From an uncultured Arcobacter sp. (lineage in GTDB: Bacteria; Campylobacterota; Campylobacteria; Campylobacterales; Arcobacteraceae), in assembly GCA_965140705.1 (NCBI GenBank), contig OZ223300.1, positions 160,001 through 224,000 of the forward strand: a stretch of DNA of 64,000 nucleotides, read 5' to 3'. Numbering within the stretch: the stretch's first letter is position 1; each line of letters starts with the position of its first letter. A model generated the notes under the pieces. It was not told where the DNA came from and ran no database searches. It saw only the letters and a program-made list of their open reading frames with translations. The position numbers and the translations under genes were made by a program. Positions 59,188 through 64,000 of this stretch are shown piece after piece.

Positions 59188-60467
59188 TACCATTTTGTGT
59201 GTGTTAATTCGCATTGAATCATCTCTCCTCTTTTAGCAGGTGTGTTAGGATTTTTTGCTGATTCACACAATAATGTTGTTCCATAATCGTTTCTTTTATC
59301 ATTTGCATTACTTCTTGCCCAAACTGATACTATTGCTCTCTCTTCTGGTTTTGCTTCACAATTTCCATCAACTTCAAAAGCATGGATTGTATTTTGGTGA
59401 AAATACATAAGTGGATCTTTTTTGTAACTGCTATCTAACCACATATCATGCTCATGTGCTTGTCCTGAATCAAATTGAACTTTTCTCATTTTGTCAGTTA
59501 CTTCTACAGTTTTTAATAAAGGTGAATCTTCTCTTATTGCAAAACTTTTAAACTCTTTTACACAAGCTGGAACTCTCATGTTATAATAGATTTCTGAAAT
59601 AGCATGATTGTGATATGGGTAAAAAGTATTAACAGATTGAACTGTCATACCTACTTCTGCACCTACTTCTTGTCCATTTATTTTTTTAATTCTTAGTAAT
59701 CCCCATGGTCCAAATACTTCCCCATATGCATAACCTCCTCGTATATTTAAGAAGTTCTTTTCATTTCGTTTGCTCTCTTCTGCATACATTGGAAACCAAC
59801 CAACTGCTGCCCAAAGATTTGGAAGTGAGTTAGCACTAACATCATAAGGAAAAACTGAAGGCATTTTTACTTCATCCCCTGTTACCATTTTATAGAAGTT
59901 CTTTGTAAACTCAAGTCCTAATTTTTTTACTTCTTTATTTTTCACTTTTTTGTTAAAGAACTCTTCATAAGTAGTTCTTTTTAACCATTTTGCAACTGGA
60001 GATTTTTCTTCTAACTCTCCTCCTGGACTATATATCCAATTTACATCTTCTCTCGCACTAAAGCAGGCTTTTGCTTTATCTGGATTATTTATAACTTGGT
60101 AAATATTTTTTACCATTAATTTCATATCTCTTCTATCCATGATACACATTTTTTTGATACCTGCACTTGTATCATACATCGCTTCATCGGAATTTCGGCA
60201 ATTATTCTCCTTTGAATTAGTTAATGCAATTGCATAAGCATTTAAGTACTTTAATGTTTCATCCCAAAGGATATCTACATATTTTTGCCCCTCTTTTGAA
60301 TACTTAGTTGTTGTTCCAAGACATTCAAAGTTTGCGTTTAAAATATCTTTTTTATCCAAGAAAGTTGGTAAATCACCTGCTTTTGCATTTGTCATTAATA
60401 TAAAAGTAACTAGTATCATACTTCCCCATTTGATACAGTTATCTCTTAAAATTTTTACATGTTCCAT
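59187..60467 (-). CDS. dddY: Periplasmic DMSP lyase DddY
   Basis: Signal peptide; cupin motifs YPYHNHAISEIYY and YFHQNTIHAF; Cys-rich; linked to acuI. Confidence 0.8.
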   Translation of the reverse strand: MEHVKILRDNCIKWGSMILVTFILMTNAKAGDLPTFLDKKDILNANFECLGTTTKYSKEGQKYVDILWDETLKYLNAYAIALTNSKENNCRNSDEAMYDTSAGIKKMCIMDRRDMKLMVKNIYQVINNPDKAKACFSAREDVNWIYSPGGELEEKSPVAKWLKRTTYEEFFNKKVKNKEVKKLGLEFTKNFYKMVTGDEVKMPSVFPYDVSANSLPNLWAAVGWFPMYAEESKRNEKNFLNIRGGYAYGEVFGPWGLLRIKKINGQEVGAEVGMTVQSVNTFYPYHNHAISEIYYNMRVPACVKEFKSFAIREDSPLLKTVEVTDKMRKVQFDSGQAHEHDMWLDSSYKKDPLMYFHQNTIHAFEVDGNCEAKPEERAIVSVWARSNANDKRNDYGTTLLCESAKNPNTPAKRGEMIQCELTHTKW

Positions 60468-60522
60468 TTTTACTCCTTTAAAGTTAACATTTAGAAAGTT
60501 TAGTTAAAATGTGTTAAAAGGT

Positions 60523-60566
60523 CAAGAACTTACTAAAAGTAAATGTACTTACTAAAAAGATACTAT
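60523..60566. repeat. 44-bp direct repeat B / probable HxlR operator
   Basis: CAAGAACTTACTAAAAGTAAATGTACTTACTAAAAAGATACTAT. Confidence 0.75.
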
Positions 60567-60576
60567 GGAGTGAACA

Positions 60577-60921
60577 ATGACTAAAAGAATTGATAAAGAT
60601 TTTCAAGAAATTATTGAAAAATGTCCTGTAGAAACAGCACTTGATGCCTTAGCTGGAAAGTGGAAAATACTAATTTTATGGTATTTAAAAAGTGAAACAA
60701 AAAGATTTAGTGAATTACAAAAGCTTCTTCCAAGAACAACACAAAAGATGCTAATACAAAAGTTAAGAGAGTTAGAAGAAGATGGAATAGTTCATCGTGA
60801 AGTTTATCCTGTCGTTCCACCAAAGGTAGAATATTCGCTTACTGATTATGGTAAAACATTAAAACCAATATTAAAACAACTATATTTATGGGGTGAGGTT
60901 CATAAAAATAAGGATTTATAA
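60577..60921 (+). CDS. HxlR-family transcriptional regulator
   Basis: CPVE...[18 protein letters not shown]. Confidence 0.92.
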   Translation: MTKRIDKDFQEIIEKCPVETALDALAGKWKILILWYLKSETKRFSELQKLLPRTTQKMLIQKLRELEEDGIVHREVYPVVPPKVEYSLTDYGKTLKPILKQLYLWGEVHKNKDL

Positions 60922-60922
60922 A

Positions 60923-61615
60923 CTAGATATTCCCTCTTTTTAGTGTAAAGTATATTATTGCACTAATTCCTGCACTTGATAAAACCATAGTCATAATCAT
61001 GATTTGATATCTAACAGCAATCAAAGGGTCAATACCAGAGAGTATTTGCCCTGTCATCATTCCAGGTAGGGAAACTAGTCCTACTGCAAGTAAAGAGTTT
61101 ATTTGGGGTATTAAACAGGCCTTAAAGGCTACTTCTCTTGCTTTTTCAAAAGAAACATCTCTGCTCAACTCTTTTTCATATCTTTCAATTGCTAAAGATA
61201 GTGCATTCATTGTATTTGCAAATATCATCCCTGCTATTGGTATTACATATCTTGGTTCATAAAGGGTGTGTAAATCAAGTACAAAAACTATAATTAAAAC
61301 AAGATGTATTATTCCAGATATTGCAATTGATAAAAGTATTTTACTATAGTGATTAAGTGATTTGTCTTGGGTATTTCTTAAGGCAATCCAAGTTGATACT
61401 GTAATCATAAAAGTTATGATTAATAAACCAACAAAATCATTTTTTTCTTTAAACAAATAAATTAAAAAATACCCTATTATTAGAAGTTGTATTACCATTC
61501 TAATAGTGGAAGTTATTATCTCATATTTATCATTTGTCCATTTTTTATAAAAATACCACACTATTAAAAGGGGTAAAATGGAATAGGCTAAATGAGTAAA
61601 AGGAATAATTTGCAT
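60923..61615 (-). CDS. UPF0014/FetB-type ABC permease
   Basis: RMVIQL, IPIAGM, GLVSLPGMMTGQILSG..P..AVRYQI. Confidence 0.85.
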   Translation of the reverse strand: MQIIPFTHLAYSILPLLIVWYFYKKWTNDKYEIITSTIRMVIQLLIIGYFLIYLFKEKNDFVGLLIITFMITVSTWIALRNTQDKSLNHYSKILLSIAISGIIHLVLIIVFVLDLHTLYEPRYVIPIAGMIFANTMNALSLAIERYEKELSRDVSFEKAREVAFKACLIPQINSLLAVGLVSLPGMMTGQILSGIDPLIAVRYQIMIMTMVLSSAGISAIIYFTLKRGNI

Positions 61616-61616
61616 T

Positions 61617-62507
61617 TTAACTTTTTAATAAATCTTTTAAACTATCTATTGGCTCTTTCCCATCAAGTATTCTTTTTACTTCGTTTGCTATTGGCGTATA
61701 GATATTATACTCCTTAGATAGTCTGTATATGGCTTCAGCTGTTTTAACACCCTCTGCTACTTCTCCTAATTCTTCTAAGATATCTTCAAGTTTTTTATTA
61801 AGGGCAAGTCCTAATCCTACTCTGTAATTTCTACTCATAGTAGAACTAGCTGTTAAAAACAGATCCCCTGCCCCACTTAGTCCTAAAAAAGTAGATTTTT
61901 TTGCTCCAAACTCTTTACCAAATCTTGCCATTTCTACTAGACCTCTTGAAATCAAAGAGGCTCTTGCATTGTTACCAAGTTTTAAACCATCACAAATACC
62001 ACTTGCAATGGCTAATACATTTTTATATGCACCTGCTATTTCTGCACCAATCACATCTTTTGAGTGGTAAGTTTTTAAGTATTCTGGGAAAAACTTGCTA
62101 AATTCATCATATAATTTTTTTGATGTTGAATTTATAACTATTGCTGCTGGTAGGGCTTTTATAACTTCTGCTGCAAAGGAAGGACCTGAAATAAAACCAA
62201 TATTCTTATTTGGTACAAACTTTTCATATATCTCATTAAGAAATTTTCCACTAGAAGCTTCAATTCCCTTTGATGCTACAAGTATTTTTTGTCCCTTATA
62301 AATAAAGTGTTCTTTTAGCCATTTTTTTATCTCTTGGGCAGGAATGGCAATAATTAGGTATTCACACTCCATTGCAGTCTCTAAATCAACAAAGTTTTTA
62401 ATATCTTTTTTTGTTCTTGAACTTATATAAACTTCCTGTTTTAAACTAAGAGCAAAATGTAAAGCTTGTCCCCATTTCCCTGCTCCTATAACTGCAATTT
62501 TTTTCAT
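61617..62507 (-). CDS. gpsA: NAD(P)H-dependent glycerol-3-phosphate dehydrogenase
   Basis: GAGKWG, SKGIE, SGPSFA, GAYKNV, GDLFLT, SRN. Confidence 0.95.
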   Translation of the reverse strand: MKKIAVIGAGKWGQALHFALSLKQEVYISSRTKKDIKNFVDLETAMECEYLIIAIPAQEIKKWLKEHFIYKGQKILVASKGIEASSGKFLNEIYEKFVPNKNIGFISGPSFAAEVIKALPAAIVINSTSKKLYDEFSKFFPEYLKTYHSKDVIGAEIAGAYKNVLAIASGICDGLKLGNNARASLISRGLVEMARFGKEFGAKKSTFLGLSGAGDLFLTASSTMSRNYRVGLGLALNKKLEDILEELGEVAEGVKTAEAIYRLSKEYNIYTPIANEVKRILDGKEPIDSLKDLLKS

Positions 62508-62623
62508 AAAATACCTTTAAAATAAATAAATAATATCTATCATAATATCTAAATATTGCTTTTAAATATTTTTGCTTTATTTTTTCGTAGTTAAAATATA
62601 AAATAATTTTAAGGGATATATAA

Positions 62624-62639
62624 AGTTGTATATGCAACT
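62624..62639. promoter_or_regulatory. Palindromic operator upstream of the MarR gene
   Basis: AGTTGTATATGCAACT, near-perfect palindrome about 18 bp before the start. Confidence 0.6.
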
Positions 62640-62657
62640 ATTATACAAGGAGTTTAA

Positions 62658-63101
62658 ATGAAAGATGCAAAAAAGATATCTCTTCCTCATAAAGTTACAC
62701 AAACTGCATATAAGATTAATCAGTGTTTATCAAAAGATTTAATTGAATTTGATATTGCTCCAGAACAAAGGGTAATCCTAGAAGTTGTGGACAAAAATGA
62801 GAAAATCTCACAAAATGAATTAAGTCAATTTCTAAAAAAAGACAAAACAACTGTATCTAGAACTTTAGATGTGATTGAAAAGAAAGGATACATTGTAAGA
62901 AAATATACAAATGAAGATAAAAGAATAAAATTTATTACCTTAACTTCTTTTGGAAAAGAGGCTTTATATAAAACAGAAGAAATTGTTACTTCCTTTAGAA
63001 AAAAAACTTTAAATAATTTTTCTAAAGAAGAGATAGATGCTTTTTTTGATTTTCTAGAAAAGCTTTCATTAAATATTGAGAGAAATGATGATGAAGAATA
63101 A
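62658..63101 (+). CDS. MarR-family transcriptional regulator
   Basis: SQNEL...DKTTVSR...DKR..ITLT. Confidence 0.9.
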   Translation: MKDAKKISLPHKVTQTAYKINQCLSKDLIEFDIAPEQRVILEVVDKNEKISQNELSQFLKKDKTTVSRTLDVIEKKGYIVRKYTNEDKRIKFITLTSFGKEALYKTEEIVTSFRKKTLNNFSKEEIDAFFDFLEKLSLNIERNDDEE

Positions 63102-64000
63102 AACACTTGGTAGAAATATAATGGTTTTTGCCATTTTTTTGGCTTTTATGGGAATGGGAGTTGTTGATCCAATTTTACCAGATATTGCTCATAAACTAGG
63201 GGCTAATCATTGGCAAATAGAGATGCTTTTTAGTGCGTATATTTTAGTAATGGCCTTTATGATGTTACCAGCAGGTGTTCTTGCTACTAAATATGGTGAT
63301 AAAGTTATTATGGTGTCAGGATTAGGATTAGTTTCTGTTTTTGCTACCTTGTGTGCCTTGTCTAATTCTATATTTGAAATCTCTTTATTTCGTGCTGGCT
63401 GGGGTTTTTCAAATGCTATGTTTTTCTCAACAGCTTTAGTGATACTGATTGCTTTATCCCATGAGTATCAAAAAGCTGTAAGTCTTTTTGAAGGAGCTAT
63501 TGGATTTGGAATATCTGCTGGTCCTTTACTTGGTGGATTATTGGGCAATCACTCTTGGAGATATCCTTTTTTGGCAACGGGGGTATTGACTTTATTTGCT
63601 TTTTTTGCAGTAATTCTTTTTGTAAAAATTCCCAAATCAGAAGATAAAAGAAAAAGTATCACTTTATTGGATTTAAAAGCTCTTTTTTCAAATAAGAAGT
63701 TTGTATTAATTTCTATTTCTGCAATGTTATATTTTTATGGATTTATTGTAGTCCTTGCCTATTCACCTCTAGTTGTAAATCTAAATCCCATAGAAATAGG
63801 GTTACTATTCTTTGGTTGGGGATTGGCTTTAGCTTGTGGTTCTATAATTATTAGTACAAAATTAGAGAAAATGTATAAAGTTAAAAAAATAGTACCTGTT
63901 AGTATGTTTATTTTTTCAATAATACTTTTATGTATTATGGGAACTAATAGTAAATCCTTAATGATTATGTTAATAATACTTTCTGGGCTTTTATCTGGTA
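63091..64000 (+). CDS. MFS transporter (runs off the right edge)
   Basis: Hand translation MKNKTLGRNIMVFAIFLAFMGMGVVDPILPDIA...GPLLGG..G..SWRYPF; overlaps the MarR stop. Confidence 0.85.
   Translation, partial: MKNKTLGRNIMVFAIFLAFMGMGVVDPILPDIAHKLGANHWQIEMLFSAYILVMAFMMLPAGVLATKYGDKVIMVSGLGLVSVFATLCALSNSIFEISLFRAGWGFSNAMFFSTALVILIALSHEYQKAVSLFEGAIGFGISAGPLLGGLLGNHSWRYPFLATGVLTLFAFFAVILFVKIPKSEDKRKSITLLDLKALFSNKKFVLISISAMLYFYGFIVVLAYSPLVVNLNPIEIGLLFFGWGLALACGSIIISTKLEKMYKVKKIVPVSMFIFSIILLCIMGTNSKSLMIMLIILSGLLSG

Overview
AT-rich bacterial chromosome segment. Gene content and protein style point to Campylobacterota, most likely a marine Arcobacteraceae member (inference, not searched). Positions ~1-37200 hold a large Mo-nitrogenase region: two molybdate-uptake operons with ModE-type boxes, nifH-orf-nifDK, nifE, nifN, nifB, nifV, nifQ, nifW, nifZ, nifX, flavodoxin, ferredoxins and many accessory genes. 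This region has its own rpoN and eight sigma-54-type promoters, and is interrupted by a kdpDE-ktrBA/MCP block and by three genes between nifE and nifN. The rest is mostly housekeeping (rluA-family, purB, nrdAB, proA, gpsA, PMM/PGM) plus a putative abortive-infection gene flanked by two palindromic elements and an acuI-dddY-hxlR DMSP/acrylate locus. Most notable observations: (1) a three-hairpin intergenic RNA motif with covarying stems, repeated inside nif operons; (2) a cysteine-less FeSII (Shethna II)-like protein next to a canonical ferredoxin; (3) rpoN at the end of a sigma-54-driven nif operon; (4) structured elements around the Abi-like gene; (5) an unannotated KdpF-like peptide; (6) 44-bp direct repeats around dddY. 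No rRNA, tRNA, CRISPR array or transposase was seen. All family assignments are by eye and from recall; no searches were run.
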